Below, in pieces: positions 40,647 to 51,346 of a stretch of 64,000 nt of DNA; the first letter of the stretch is position 1; every line of letters starts with the position of its first letter. The position numbers and the translations under genes are program-made. The notes below the pieces were generated by a model. The model saw only the letters and a list, made by a program, of their open reading frames with translations. It searched no databases and had not been told where the DNA came from. Source of the stretch: an uncultured Spirochaetota bacterium (GTDB lineage Bacteria > Spirochaetota > Spirochaetia > SZUA-6 > DRHE01); the NCBI GenBank assembly GCA_963736785.1, contig CAVTQG010000049.1:93532-157531 (forward strand), in the 5' to 3' direction.

Positions 40647-42617
40647 TCAGGGCTCGGCCAGCAGGGCCAGCATGGCCTGCGCGTCGCCGGTGGGCAGGCG
40701 GCAGCTGTAGTTTCGGCACACGAAGGCCTGGGCACGGCCATCGGCTGCAGCCCCGTAAGCCCGGGTGAACGGCGCCAGGCGCAGGATCGCGGGCTCGGCC
40801 TGCTCGGTAGGACGCAGGATGAATACGGCGCGAGGCAGGAAGCCCCGATGCAGCGCGCGGGCCAGCGCGGCGGTGTCCTCCCCAGCGGTCCGCCCGGCCA
40901 GCACCACCTCGGAGGAAGGCCCCAGGTAGAAGTCCAGCCCGGCCAGCAGGAAGGTGAAGCCCTGGGGGTGCCGGCCCACCATGGCGGAATGGCGGCGCAG
41001 GAGAGCTTCCGCCGCCTTCCAATACTTCGGCCGGTCGCCGATCCGGGAGAGCCGGAGCAGCACCCGCAGGGCCACCGAGTTGGCCGAGGGCAGCGCCCCG
41101 TCGCCGCTGGGCTGCAGGCGGATGCCGTCCGGCGCTTCGCCTTCCGCGCTCTGGAAAAACCCTCCCCGCGGGTCCGCGTGGCGGGCGAGGAGACGGTCGG
41201 TAAGCTCGAAAGCCGCCTCCAGCGTCCAGGGCTCGAAGCCGGCCTGGTACAGCTCCAGCAGGCCCCAGGCGAGGTACGCGTAATCTTCTGCGAAGGCGGG
41301 GATTGCGGCCTGCCCGTCGCGCCAGCGGTGCAGCAGCCCGCCCTGCGGGTCGCGCAGGGTGCCCAGCGCAAAACGCGCCGCGCGCGCGGCGGCCAGCAGG
41401 TAGTCCGGGCGGTCGAAGGCCCCCGCGGCCCGGGCCAGGGCCGCGATCATCAGCCCGTTCCAGCCGGCCAGGACCTTGTCGTCCCTGCCGGGGCGCGCGC
41501 GCGCGGCGCGCCGCTCGAACAGGCGCGTCCGGGAGGCCTCGCTCAGGGGCCGCTCGGGGTCCAGCAGGTACAGGGTCCCCTCTTCCAGCCCCAGCAGGGT
41601 CAGCTCCCCGGGTTCGAGCAGAGAGGAAAGCTCCTCGCGGGTCCAGCGGTAGAACCTGCCTTCCTCGCCCTCGCTGTCCGCGTCCTCGGCGCAGTAGAAG
41701 GCGCCCTCCGGCGAGGTCAGGTCGCGCAGCACGTAAGTGAAGATCTCTTCGGCGGTGCGGCGGTACAGCGGCTTGCCGGTGAGCTGCCAGGCCTCGGTGT
41801 AGGCCAGGGCCAGCAGCGCCTGGTCGTAGAGCATCTTCTCGTAGTGCGGCACGCGCCAGCCCTCGTCGGTGGCGTAGCGGTGGAAGCCCAGCCCGACCTG
41901 GTCGAAAATTCCTCCGCCGCGCATGGCCTGCAGGCTCCGCTCCGCCATCTCCAGGGCCTCGGGCTCGCGCCGGGTGAGCAGGAACGAGAGAACGTGCGCG
42001 CTGGGGAACTTGGGCGCCGCGCCGAAGCCGCCGTGGCGGCGGTCGAACCGCCCGGCCAACTCCTGGTAGGCCTGCTCGAGCACGGCCGGCCCGGGCGCCT
42101 CACCGGCCTCCCCGGGCTCGGCGGCCTGCCGCAGCGCCGCCAGGATCTGCTCGGCCGAGCCGTCGATCCGGGCGCGCTGCGTGCGCCACAGCTCCCGCAC
42201 GCGGGGAACCAGCTCCAGCAGGCCGGTCATTCCGTTGCGCCCTTCCTTCGGGATGTAGGTGGCCGCGAAGAAGGGCTTGCGCTCCGGGGTGAGGAACACC
42301 GTCAGCGGCCAGCCGCCCTGCCCGGTGAGCAGCTGGCAGGCGGTCATGTACAGCTCGTCCACGTCCGGGCGCTCCTCCCGGTCCACCTTGACGGGCACGA
42401 ACGCTTCGTTCAGGAGCGCGGCCACCTCCGGGTCCTCGAAGGACTCGTGCTCCATCACGTGGCACCAGTGGCAGGTGGAGTAGCCGATGGACAGGAAGAC
42501 GGGCTTGTCCTCCCGCCGGGCCGCGGCGAAGGCCTCCTCGCCCCAGGGGTACCAGTCCACCGGGTTGTCGGCGTGCTGGAGCAGGTAAGGGCTCTTTTCG
42601 TACTGCAGGCGGTTCAC
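40647..42617 (-). CDS. Thioredoxin-domain protein YyaL (DUF255; thioredoxin-like plus six-hairpin glycosidase-like domain)
   Basis: From the GTG at 42617: [60 protein letters not shown] (DUF255 signature with CxxC). GTGA overlap with the upstream YciI-like gene. Confidence 0.75.
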   Translation of the reverse strand: MNRLQYEKSPYLLQHADNPVDWYPWGEEAFAAARREDKPVFLSIGYSTCHWCHVMEHESFEDPEVAALLNEAFVPVKVDREERPDVDELYMTACQLLTGQGGWPLTVFLTPERKPFFAATYIPKEGRNGMTGLLELVPRVRELWRTQRARIDGSAEQILAALRQAAEPGEAGEAPGPAVLEQAYQELAGRFDRRHGGFGAAPKFPSAHVLSFLLTRREPEALEMAERSLQAMRGGGIFDQVGLGFHRYATDEGWRVPHYEKMLYDQALLALAYTEAWQLTGKPLYRRTAEEIFTYVLRDLTSPEGAFYCAEDADSEGEEGRFYRWTREELSSLLEPGELTLLGLEEGTLYLLDPERPLSEASRTRLFERRAARARPGRDDKVLAGWNGLMIAALARAAGAFDRPDYLLAAARAARFALGTLRDPQGGLLHRWRDGQAAIPAFAEDYAYLAWGLLELYQAGFEPWTLEAAFELTDRLLARHADPRGGFFQSAEGEAPDGIRLQPSGDGALPSANSVALRVLLRLSRIGDRPKYWKAAEALLRRHSAMVGRHPQGFTFLLAGLDFYLGPSSEVVLAGRTAGEDTAALARALHRGFLPRAVFILRPTEQAEPAILRLAPFTRAYGAAADGRAQAFVCRNYSCRLPTGDAQAMLALLAEP

Positions 42618-42964
42618 GGCAGGCCGGAAATCTCCAGCACCGGCCGGATTTCGATCGTGCCCATCCTGGCCACGGGGATGCGGGAGGCGATGCCGATGGC
42701 CGCATCCAGGTCCCCCGCTTCGACCAGGTAGTAGCCTCCGAGCTGCTCGCGCGTCTCCGCGAACGGGCCGTCGGTAACCAGCCGCTTCCCGTCGCGCAGG
42801 CGGACGCTGGTGGCCAACGGGGTGGGTTCCAGCGGCGAGGCATCCAGGTAGTGCCCGCTGGAATGAAGCTCGCGGGCCAGCTGCGCCGAGTCCCGGTAGC
42901 ATTCCTCCCGCTCCGACGGGCTCAATGCGTTTTCGTCAAGGTATACCAGCAGCATGTATTTCAT
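42614..42964 (-). CDS. YciI-like (YCII-related / DGPF) domain protein, copy 1
   Basis: [12 protein letters not shown]…[21 protein letters not shown]. Confidence 0.7.
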   Translation of the reverse strand: MKYMLLVYLDENALSPSEREECYRDSAQLARELHSSGHYLDASPLEPTPLATSVRLRDGKRLVTDGPFAETREQLGGYYLVEAGDLDAAIGIASRIPVARMGTIEIRPVLEISGLP

Positions 42965-43521
42965 TACGGCTCATACCTGAGCATGACCATTCCGGTGCCA
43001 AAGCTTTTCACCTCGACTAGCCGCAAGGGGATTCGCTGTTCCAGCCCGCGGAACATCGGCAACCCGGCGCCCAGCACGACCGGCGCCACGAAAATCCGGT
43101 AGTCATCGATCAGGCCCCGCCGCGACAGCGCTGAGACCAAACCGCCGCTGCCGTAGATCACCAGGTGCTTCCCGGGCTGTTCCTTGAGCTTCGCCACCTC
43201 CTCGGCCGCATCGCCTTTCACCAGCCTGGAGTTCTTCCATTCCACCTTCGCCAGCGTCCTGGAAAAGACGACTTTGGGCAGGTTGTTCATCGCCTCGATG
43301 ATTCTCGGGTCGTCCTCCGTCGAGGAGGCGGTCGGCCAGTAGCCGGCCATCAGCTGGTAGGTGACCCGGCCGAACAGGATCGTGTCGACCGACCCGATCA
43401 ACTGGATGCCGTATTCTTCGAATTCCTGGTCGGCGAGGCCGGTGAACCAATCGATCTCGCCCTGGGGCCCCGCCATGAAGCCATCCAACGAGACCAGGTT
43501 GGAGACGATGAGCTTTCTCAT
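42964..43521 (-). CDS. Dihydrofolate reductase-like (RibD C-terminal domain) family protein
   Basis: [26 protein letters not shown]…HLVIYGSGGLVSAL, typical of the DHFR-like YwjB/RibD_C family. Confidence 0.65.
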   Translation of the reverse strand: MRKLIVSNLVSLDGFMAGPQGEIDWFTGLADQEFEEYGIQLIGSVDTILFGRVTYQLMAGYWPTASSTEDDPRIIEAMNNLPKVVFSRTLAKVEWKNSRLVKGDAAEEVAKLKEQPGKHLVIYGSGGLVSALSRRGLIDDYRIFVAPVVLGAGLPMFRGLEQRIPLRLVEVKSFGTGMVMLRYEP

Positions 43522-44405
43522 TTGGAACCTACTGCTGCCGGCAGCGGTGCGTCGAGGAACTGCAGCGCGGTGGAGGCCAGCTCGGGCCGGCTGAAGATGT
43601 CGTAGTGGGTCGCGCCGGGCAGGATGGCCAGCTGCGCCCTCGAGCGCCCGCTGCCGTCCCAGCCCGCATCCCGCTGCCCGCCGCCCAGCAGCCCGAAAAA
43701 CTCCACCAGGTGCGCGGTGCGCACGGCGTCCGCATCGCCGGCCACGATCAGCACCGGCATCTGCAGGGCCGCCACTTCCCTGGACCAGTCATAGTCCTGC
43801 ATCAGAGCTTCGCCGATTTTGGCCAGCAGCACCGGCCAGTCCTGCGGCCGGGGGGCGATGGCCGCGTACAGCTGGTACATCGGCGTCTGCTTCATGGGCT
43901 CGGCGGCCTCCGCGCCCATCTGTGCCATGCCGGCGAGGATTTCCGGGTACCAGCCGTCCCGCCGGAACGGGGTCGAAACGACCACCAGCTTGCGCACCGC
44001 TTGCGGGTGGCGGATGGCGGTCTGCAATGCCACGGCGCCGCCCAGGGAGTAACCCAGGACGTCAGCCCTGGCCAGCCCGAGGTGCCGGATCAGGGCAGCC
44101 ACGTCGTCCGCCATCAGCTCCACGCGCAGCGGCCGGTCGATATCGGCGGTGCGCCCGTGCGCCTGCAGATCCACGGCGATGACCCGATGGCTCGCGGAGA
44201 GCGCCGGCAGGATCGGGGCAAACATCTCGATGGCCCCTACTCCGCCGTGCAGCAGGACCAGGGGTTGGCCGCTGCCGCGGATCTCGTAGTACATCCTCAG
44301 GCCGTTCACCGGGGCATATCCGCTTTCCGGCGCGCTCTGGGCGAATGCCGCTGCCGCGGACAGCCCGACCGCCGCTACGACCGCTGCTGCCGTTTTCCTA
44401 AACAT
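43518..44405 (-). CDS. Secreted alpha/beta hydrolase
   Basis: Signal peptide [23 protein letters not shown]; LVLLHGGVG…[12 protein letters not shown] (GxSxG)…[10 protein letters not shown]. Confidence 0.7.
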   Translation of the reverse strand: MFRKTAAAVVAAVGLSAAAAFAQSAPESGYAPVNGLRMYYEIRGSGQPLVLLHGGVGAIEMFAPILPALSASHRVIAVDLQAHGRTADIDRPLRVELMADDVAALIRHLGLARADVLGYSLGGAVALQTAIRHPQAVRKLVVVSTPFRRDGWYPEILAGMAQMGAEAAEPMKQTPMYQLYAAIAPRPQDWPVLLAKIGEALMQDYDWSREVAALQMPVLIVAGDADAVRTAHLVEFFGLLGGGQRDAGWDGSGRSRAQLAILPGATHYDIFSRPELASTALQFLDAPLPAAVGSK

Positions 44406-44784
44406 TGTCTTCTCCTTTGTAAAGCGCGTTGATCCTCTCGTCGGCCGGCCGTATCTCCCACACCCCGCCGCCCAGGCGGATGGACGGGTGCTTCGACATC
44501 AGGCGGATCGCCTGGTTCAGGTCCCTGGCCTCCAGCACCAGGATCCCCCCCAGCTGCTCCTTGGTTTCGGCAAACGGCCCATCGGTTACGGACAGCTTCC
44601 CGTTGCCAGGCCGCAGGGTGGTCGCGGTTCGAGCGCTTTGCAGGGCCTCTCCGCCCACGAAGTGGCCCTGGGTGCGCAGCTCGCCGTCGTAGGCCAGGCA
44701 TTCCTCGACGAAGCTCTTCTGCTCGCCGCCGGACATCGAGTCCCACACCGTTTCATCCAGGTAACCGAGACAGATGTATTTCAC
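44398..44784 (-). CDS. YciI-like (YCII-related / DGPF) domain protein, copy 2
   Basis: [11 protein letters not shown]…[21 protein letters not shown]. Confidence 0.7.
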   Translation of the reverse strand: MKYICLGYLDETVWDSMSGGEQKSFVEECLAYDGELRTQGHFVGGEALQSARTATTLRPGNGKLSVTDGPFAETKEQLGGILVLEARDLNQAIRLMSKHPSIRLGGGVWEIRPADERINALYKGEDNV

Positions 44785-44871
44785 CTCAGCCGCTCCTCCG
44801 CGGGCGGTAGGTGGCGATGAGCACGCCGGTAGCGGTCGCCTGGAATCGACCAGCTCCTGCCACCAGTTCCC

Positions 44872-45321
44872 TCATGCCGGCTGCCCTCTCCTGACCTTCT
44901 CCACCTGCGCCCGCACGACGGGACTCTCCGCCGCCTTCCGGACCTCCGGGGGGAATTCCTCGTTTTCGAAGACCTGGCGGACCTCGATCACGTCCCCGTC
45001 CTGCGCGGGCACCCGCCTGGCCCAGCCGATGGCCTCCTCCCGGGACTTCGCCCGGATCATCCAGTAGCCGCCCAGAACCTCCCTGGCTTCGGTGAAAGGC
45101 CCGTCGTGTACAGCCGGCTTCCCCCCGGAGAAGCTGACGCGGGCCGCCGTGGCAGGCGAATGCAGCCCGTCCAGGGCGAGGAGCACCCCGGCCTTGGCCA
45201 GCTCTTCGTTGTATTTCATCATCTCCTCCACCGCTTCCGCGTTCGGGGTGAAGTCCGCCCCGGCTTGCTTCCCGTTCGAGCCCTGGTAAACGCCGGGGAT
45301 CATCAGCATCATGAATCGCAT
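44872..45321 (-). CDS. YciI-like (YCII-related / DGPF) domain protein, copy 3
   Basis: [14 protein letters not shown]…[30 protein letters not shown] before the ATG at 45321. The upstream part of ORF 44872..46158 is artefact. Confidence 0.65.
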   Translation of the reverse strand: MRFMMLMIPGVYQGSNGKQAGADFTPNAEAVEEMMKYNEELAKAGVLLALDGLHSPATAARVSFSGGKPAVHDGPFTEAREVLGGYWMIRAKSREEAIGWARRVPAQDGDVIEVRQVFENEEFPPEVRKAAESPVVRAQVEKVRRGQPA

Positions 45322-45340
45322 CGTCTTGCCTCCTGGTTCG

Positions 45341-46652
45341 CTAGTTAGTCGATTGGGGAAGCCGGAATTCGACAGGGGCCGGGATCTTTTCCTCCAGGCC
45401 CTGCAGCCGGCCCTCCAGAAACCGCCGCTCCGGCTCCAGCCGCGTGAGAGCGAGCGCCCGCTGGAAGGAGGCCCGCGCCTGCGCCGTCTTCCCCAGGCGG
45501 CGGCACAGCTCCGCGCGCGCCGAGTGGGCCAGGTGGTAGTCGGCCAGCTCGCCGCGGGCCAGGATGCGCGTCGATCAACGGCAGCCCGGCCTGCGGGCCC
45601 GTCGCGCATGGCCACCGCCACGGCGCGGTTCAGCTCGACCACCGGCGACGGCTCGCACCTGCAGCAGCAGGTCGTACAGCCCCACGATCCGCGCCCAGTC
45701 GGTGGCCGCGGCGGCAGGCGCCTCGGCGTGCACCGCGGCGATGGCCGCCTGAAGCGTGTATGGGCCCAAGCGGCGCGAGGACAGCGCCCGCTCGACCAGC
45801 GCCGATGCCCTCCGCGATCTGCTCCCGGTTCCAGAGCGAGCGGTCCTGGTCTTCCAGCAGGATCAGCTCGCCCGCCGGGGAGGTGCGCGCGGCGCGGCGC
45901 GATTCCTGCAGCAGCATCAGCGCCAGCAGCCCCATCACCTCCGGCTCCGGCAGCAGTCTCGACCAGCAGCCGCCCCAGCCGGATCGCCTCGCCCGAGAGC
46001 TCGGCCCGCGTCAGCGAGTCGCCGGAGGACGCCGAGTAGCCCTCGTTGAACACCAGGTAGATCACCTGCAGCACGGCGTCCAGCCGCTCCGGCAGGTCGG
46101 CCTGCGACGGCACCTGGTAGGGAATGCGCGCGTCGCGGATCTTCGCCTTGGCGCGCACGATGCGCTGGGCCAGCGTGGGGGGCGTGGTGAGGAAGGCGCG
46201 CGCGATCTCCTCGGTGGTCAGGCCGCAGACCTCCCGCAGCGTCAGCGCGACGCGGGCGTCCGGCGGCCAGCGCGGGATGGCAGCAGGTGAAGATCAGCCG
46301 CAGCCGGTCGTCCTCGACTTCCTCGTCCATCCGGGCGTCGGCGTCAGGTCCGCCGCCGGCGGCCTCGAGCTGCTCGGCCAGCTCGGACCAGCGAGGCATC
46401 GAAGCGCGCGCGCCGGCGCAGGCCGTCGATGGCCTTGAAGCGGCCGGCCGAAACCAGCCAGGCCCGCGGGTTGGCGGGCACGCCCTCCCGCGGCCATTGC
46501 TCCACCGCGGCCGCGAAGGCGTCGTGCAGCGCGTCCTCGGCCAGGTCGAAGTCGCCGAGCAGGCGGATCAGCGTGGCCAGGATCCGGCGCGACTCGGAGC
46601 GGTAGATCTTATTCAGGGTTTCGCGAATGTTTCCATTGGAGTTTTCCGCCAT
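45341..46652 (-). CDS. ECF-type RNA polymerase sigma factor with a long C-terminal (TPR-like) extension. The YciI/DGPF-associated neighbourhood resembles the ECF42 group. Several frame shifts.
   Basis: Region 2: [56 protein letters not shown]. Then [15 protein letters not shown]. Region 4: [19 protein letters not shown]. Extension: [16 protein letters not shown]…[16 protein letters not shown]…[16 protein letters not shown]…, ending …RLPQSTN* at 45341. The pieces are distributed over ORFs 46344..46694, 45935..46399, 45630..45938, 45575..45769 and the 5' end of 44872..46158. Confidence 0.6.
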
Positions 46653-46804
46653 GCGTTGTATCCACCGGGCAGGACAGTGCCCGAAACCGGACAATGCGGG
46701 CCCGGTATCTTAAAAGCTAATTTAATATGAGCGAAACAGTCAACATAAACCGAACAGCTCGGCCCGGCGTTGGCGTGGTCCGGCCGCTCGTGCGCCCGGC
46801 CAGC

Positions 46805-47929
46805 TCAGGCCGGCAGGACCGGCAGCTCGCCCAGCACCGCCGGCAGCTCCCGGAAAAGACTCACGTTTTCGTGGTGCCGGCCGACCGTAATGCGCACGAA
46901 GGTCGGCAGCCCGTACTGCCCGGCCGGCCGCACGATCAGCCCCCGGGCCATCAAGCGCTGGAACACCTCCTGGCAGTCGCGCCGGGTATCCACGAGAACG
47001 AAATTGGTGTGGGATGGCACATAGTCCAGTCCCAGGCGGCCCAGCTCCGCCGCAAAGTAGCGCTTCTCGCGCGCGCAGTCTTCGAGCGTTCTCCAGGCGA
47101 ACTCCGTGTCATCCAGCGCGGCCAAGGCCAGCCGCTCGGCGATCGCGGACACGCCGAAGGGCGGCTTGATGCGCTGGATGAGCTCGATCACCTGCGGGTC
47201 GCCCACCCCGAACCCGACCCTCAAGCCCGCCAGGCCGTACAGCTTGGAGAAGGTGCGCAGGACAAACAGGTTCTTCATCCCGCGTTTGACCAGAGCCACC
47301 GCTCCCGGCCGGAACTCCGGGTCGGCGAAGTCGACATAGGCCTCGTCCAGCACGGCCAGCACCGTCGGGGGCAGGCTGCTCAGGAACTCCAGCAGCTGGG
47401 CGCGCGGCAAGGCGTCGCCGGTGGGGTTGTTGGGGTTGCACAGGAAGATCGCCTTGGTCCGGGGCGTGACGCGGCGGGCCAGGTCCTCCAGGTCGATGCG
47501 CAGTCCCTTCATGGCGGTGGGAGTGACGGTCGCGCGCATGACCCGGATGATGCTCTCGTAGATCGGGTAGCTGATGCGGGGGATGAGCGTTTCGTCTCCC
47601 TGGTCCAGCACGGCCATGCCCAGGTTGTAGATCACCCCGTCCGCGCCGTTTCCGATGGTGAGCATTTCCCTGGGCACGTCCAGCTTCTCGGACAGGCGCC
47701 CCCGCAGGGCTTCGTTCGTGGCGTCGGGGTAGACATGCAGCTCGTCGACCAGCTCTGCCAGGCAGGCCCGGGCCTTGGGGGAGGAGCCGAAGGGATTCTC
47801 GTTGGAGGCCATCTTGATGACCTCCTTCAGTCCCAGCTCGCTCATCGCTTGCCTGACGGATTTTCCGGGGACGTATTTGCGGGCGCCGAGGGCGCCGGGG
47901 TTGGCGAAGCGCGGGGCTGGGGTATCCAT
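46805..47929 (-). CDS. hisC: Histidinol-phosphate aminotransferase
   Basis: …IKMASNENPFG…LIPRISYPIYE…LCNPNNPTG…VLRTFSKLYGLAGLRVGFGVG (class II aminotransferase/PLP lysine block). Internal start MDTPAPRF at 47929. Confidence 0.8.
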   Translation of the reverse strand: MDTPAPRFANPGALGARKYVPGKSVRQAMSELGLKEVIKMASNENPFGSSPKARACLAELVDELHVYPDATNEALRGRLSEKLDVPREMLTIGNGADGVIYNLGMAVLDQGDETLIPRISYPIYESIIRVMRATVTPTAMKGLRIDLEDLARRVTPRTKAIFLCNPNNPTGDALPRAQLLEFLSSLPPTVLAVLDEAYVDFADPEFRPGAVALVKRGMKNLFVLRTFSKLYGLAGLRVGFGVGDPQVIELIQRIKPPFGVSAIAERLALAALDDTEFAWRTLEDCAREKRYFAAELGRLGLDYVPSHTNFVLVDTRRDCQEVFQRLMARGLIVRPAGQYGLPTFVRITVGRHHENVSLFRELPAVLGELPVLPA

Positions 47930-47979
47930 GGGCGCATCATAGAGGAAAAACCCGCGCCGGGTCAAAGAGCGCCGGGTCC

Positions 47980-48009
47980 TTGCCCCGCGCGCAACCGGCG
48001 GTCTATACT
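47980..48009 (+). promoter_or_regulatory. Sigma70-like promoter carrying the 16-mer CGGCGGTCTATACTCC, which is repeated at 60464-60479
   Basis: TTGCCC (47980-47985), 18-nt spacer, TATACT (48004-48009). The identical 16-mer precedes the MttB-like gene at 60523. Confidence 0.45.
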
Positions 48010-48016
48010 CCACCCG

Positions 48017-48442
48017 ATGAACCGGCCCTTGAGCGAGCTGGTGGAGAGCGGCTACGGCGAGGAGCACGACCTGAACTGCGCCGAGACCATCCTGTGGGGA
48101 GCCAACGCGGTATACGATCTGGGGCTGGACCGCAACGCCCTGCGCCTGGCCGCCGGCTTCGGCGGGGGCATGGGGATAGAAGCCACCTGCGGAGCCCTGA
48201 CCGGCGCGATCCTGGTGATCGGGCGGATGTTCACCCGCGACCGCGGCCACGAGAGCCCGCGGGTCAAGGAGCTGTGCGTCCGGTTCCTGGAAGCCTACAA
48301 GGCCCGGATGGGAAGCATCGACTGCGCCCCCCTGAAGGCCCGGTACCGCAGCGAGGAGCTCAAGTGCCGGACGGTGGTGTTGCAGGCGGCCCGCATCCTG
48401 GAAGAGCTGATCGGCGAGCTGCAGGGTACAGTGGAGCGGTGA
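48017..48442 (+). CDS. C_GCAxxG_C_C-family putative redox-active protein
   Basis: 141 aa; …HDLNCAETILWGANAVYDL…GGMGIEATCGALTGAILVIG…SIDCAPLKARY…ELKCRTVV: four conserved Cys in the family arrangement. Confidence 0.6.
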   Translation: MNRPLSELVESGYGEEHDLNCAETILWGANAVYDLGLDRNALRLAAGFGGGMGIEATCGALTGAILVIGRMFTRDRGHESPRVKELCVRFLEAYKARMGSIDCAPLKARYRSEELKCRTVVLQAARILEELIGELQGTVER

Positions 48443-48502
48443 GCGCCGGCGCTCAAACCCCGTCCTTGACCGCCGCGCAGACAGGAAGTATCATCGGCAG
48501 CC

Positions 48503-49912
48503 ATGCGCATTTCGCCCCGCTCTTCTTTCCTGGAAAGCCCCCAGTGCGAACAGATCCACCAGGCGGCGCTGGAGATCCTTCGCCGCACCGGAGTGCGCGT
48601 CTTCCATGATGAAGCCCTGCGCCTGCTGGGCGAAGCCGGCTGCCTGATTCAAGAGGAAAACCTGGTGCGGATACCCGCCGCGCTGGTGGAGTGGGCCCTG
48701 CGGCAGCCCCCCTCCCGCATCGCCCTCTGCCGGCGCGGCGGCGGTGAAACGGCCGTGCCCCTGCACGAGCGCAACGTGAGCTTCGGCCCCGGATCGGATT
48801 GCCCGAACTACCTGGACCCGCTTTCAGGCCAGCGCCGCCCCTTCCGCCTTGCGGACCTGGAAGCCCTGCTGCGCCTGGTGGATGGCCTGCCCGAGCTGTC
48901 CTTTCTCATGTCCGCGGGAATTCCGTCGGATTTCCAGGGCAACGCCTATCGCAAGCAGTTCGCGCTGATGCTCCAAAGCAGCGTGAAGCCGATCGTCTTC
49001 GTCTGCAACGACGCAGAGGACTGCCGGCGGATCGTGGCCGCGGCCGCGGCCGTTGCCGGCGGCCCCGAAGCGCTGCGCCTGAATCCGACCCTGCTGTTGT
49101 ACTCCGAACCCACCACCCCGTTGCAGCACAGCCGGACGGCGCTGGAAAAGCTCCTGCTCATGGCCGAAGCCGGGCTGCCCGTGCTGCACTCCCCGGCGCC
49201 GATGATGGGCGGCACCGCCCCGGTGACGCTGGCCGGCGGCCTGGCCCTGGGCACGGCCGAGGCCTTGAGCGGCCTCCTCATCCAGCAGCTCAAGCGCCGG
49301 GGCGCCCCCTTCGTGTTCGGCAGCGGGCTGCACCACCTGGACATGAAGACCTCGATCAGCGTGTACGGGGCCCCGGAGTTCCAGCTGGCCCGGCTGGCGG
49401 TCGCCGATCTGGGCCGCTTCTACGGACTGCCGACCTGGGGATACGCGGGGCACTCGGACAGCTGCCTGTTCGACGAGCAGGCGGCGGCGGACGCCGTCTT
49501 TTCGACCCAGGTGGCCCTCCAGAGCGGCACGAACCTCATCCACGACGTGGGCTACGTGGAAGCAGGCCTTACCGATTCGCCGGAGATGATGGTTTTCACC
49601 TGCGAGATCATCCGCATGCTGCGGCGCTTCGAGCAGGGCATCCAGCTGGACGCCGCCTCCCTGGCCCTGGAGGTCATCCAGGCCGTCGGCCCGGGCGGCA
49701 ACTACCTGGCCGCGGACCACACCCTCGAGCACTTCCGGGAGTACTGGCAGCCCGAGCTGTTCAGCCGCCAGCGCCTGGCCGCCTGGCAGGAGGAGGGCGC
49801 CAAACCCTTGGGCCGGCGAGTGCGGGAGAAAACCATCGAGCTCATGCGGCAAGCCGAGGGCTCGCCGCTGCCGGACTCCCAGGCTAAGGAAGTGGAGTAT
49901 ATTCTGGCATGA
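48503..49912 (+). CDS. MttB-superfamily (trimethylamine methyltransferase-like, non-pyrrolysine) methyltransferase, paralog 1
   Basis: 469 aa, intact. N-terminus …QCEQIHQAALEILRRTGVRV…; …LHSPAPMMGGTAPVTLAGGLALGTAEALSGL…AVGPGGNYLAADHTLEHFRE. No in-frame TAG/Pyl codon. Confidence 0.75.
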   Translation: MRISPRSSFLESPQCEQIHQAALEILRRTGVRVFHDEALRLLGEAGCLIQEENLVRIPAALVEWALRQPPSRIALCRRGGGETAVPLHERNVSFGPGSDCPNYLDPLSGQRRPFRLADLEALLRLVDGLPELSFLMSAGIPSDFQGNAYRKQFALMLQSSVKPIVFVCNDAEDCRRIVAAAAAVAGGPEALRLNPTLLLYSEPTTPLQHSRTALEKLLLMAEAGLPVLHSPAPMMGGTAPVTLAGGLALGTAEALSGLLIQQLKRRGAPFVFGSGLHHLDMKTSISVYGAPEFQLARLAVADLGRFYGLPTWGYAGHSDSCLFDEQAAADAVFSTQVALQSGTNLIHDVGYVEAGLTDSPEMMVFTCEIIRMLRRFEQGIQLDAASLALEVIQAVGPGGNYLAADHTLEHFREYWQPELFSRQRLAAWQEEGAKPLGRRVREKTIELMRQAEGSPLPDSQAKEVEYILA

Positions 49913-51283
49913 GCTTCGACGGGCCCCTGGCCGCGGGGCGGGAAACGCAGCTCCCCCTGTCGGCGCAGGGGCTTTCCCGGATTCACCAGGCGAGCCTGGC
50001 CGTGCTGGAAGCTACGGGGGTCCGCTTCGCATCGGAACAGGCCCTGACCCTGTTCCGCAAGCGGGGTTTCCGGGTCGAGGGGCAGCGGGTCTTTTCCACC
50101 GAAAAGGACATTCTGCGCGCCCTGGAATCCGTGTCCGGCGAGTTTCACCATCCTGGCCCGCAATCCCAGGCACAACCTGCGCCTGGAACCCGGGGTGGCG
50201 AGCTTCGGCCTGGGCAGGGGGGCGCTGTTCTGGGTCGAACCGGACGGCTCGCATCGTCGGGGCAGGAAGGAGGACCTGCTCGCGGTCACCCGGCTCTGCC
50301 AGTGTCTGGACGTGCTCGAACACTGGGGACCCCTCATCCACCCGGGGGACCTCGATCCGCTGGAAGCGGGCGCCTGGTCCTGCCGGACCATGATCGAATA
50401 CACGGACAAGCCGTACTTGTACAACGGCCGCGAGGACATCGACCTGGTCGCCCTGTCCCTCGGCACCAGCCGGGAGCAGATGGCCGGACGTTCGGATTTC
50501 ACCCGCTCCTACGGGCAAGCCACCGGCATCGTCACCTCGCCCTTGAGCCTGGCCGCCGAGGATTGCGAGACCCTGATGGAGTACGCCCGCTGCGGAATCG
50601 CCTTCCACGTCGCCTCCATGCCTTTGGCTGGAACCAGCGGACCCTGCACCCTGGCCGGGCTGGTGATGCAGCAGAACTGCGAGAACCTGGCGGCGATCGT
50701 GCTTTCCCAGCTGGTGCGCCCGGGCTGCCCGGTGTTCTACGGGGCCATCGGGGGCTGCGCCGACATGCGCTCCCTGAGGCCCCTGTTCGGCACCCCGGAA
50801 GCCCGGCTGATCGAGCGCGCCGGCGCGCAGCTGGCCCGCTCCTACGGGCTGCTGTGCCGGGGCAACGCCGGCCTCACCGATGCGCCGGCCTGCGACTTCC
50901 AGGCCGGAGCCGAAGCCATGCTGCACACCCTGCAGGTCATCCGGGGCGGACCCGAGTTCCTGCCCGGCTGCGGCCTGCTGGGCAGCTACCTGGGGGCTTC
51001 CCTGGCCAAGATCGTGCTGGACGCGGAGCTGATCGCCGTGGCCCGGCGCCTGCTGGTCCCCATCCGCCTGGACGAGCAGTCCCTCGGCGTCGAAGCCCTC
51101 GCCGAGGTCGGGCCGGGCGGCTGCTTCCTCGACCACGCCCACACCTTGGAGCACTTCCGCCGCCGGCAGGCGCCCGACGGCGTGTTTCAGTCCACGGATT
51201 ATGACCGCTGGGCCGAACAGGGCAGGAAGGAAGCGGTCCACCTGGCCCAGGAAAAGGCGCTGCAGCTCATCGCCTGCCTATGA
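49909..51283 (+). CDS. MttB-superfamily methyltransferase, paralog 2 (frame shift near 50150)
   Basis: ATGA overlap with paralog 1. …LSRIHQASLAVLEATGVRF…, then ORF 50195..51283 …HVASMPLAGTSGPCTLAGLVMQQNCENLAAIVL…EVGPGGCFLDHAHTLEHFRR. Confidence 0.7.
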
Positions 51284-51346
51284 ACAGCCGCCGCTGGATG
51301 CAGGACTGAAGGCCGAGATCGACCGCTACGTGGAGACTCTCCGGCG

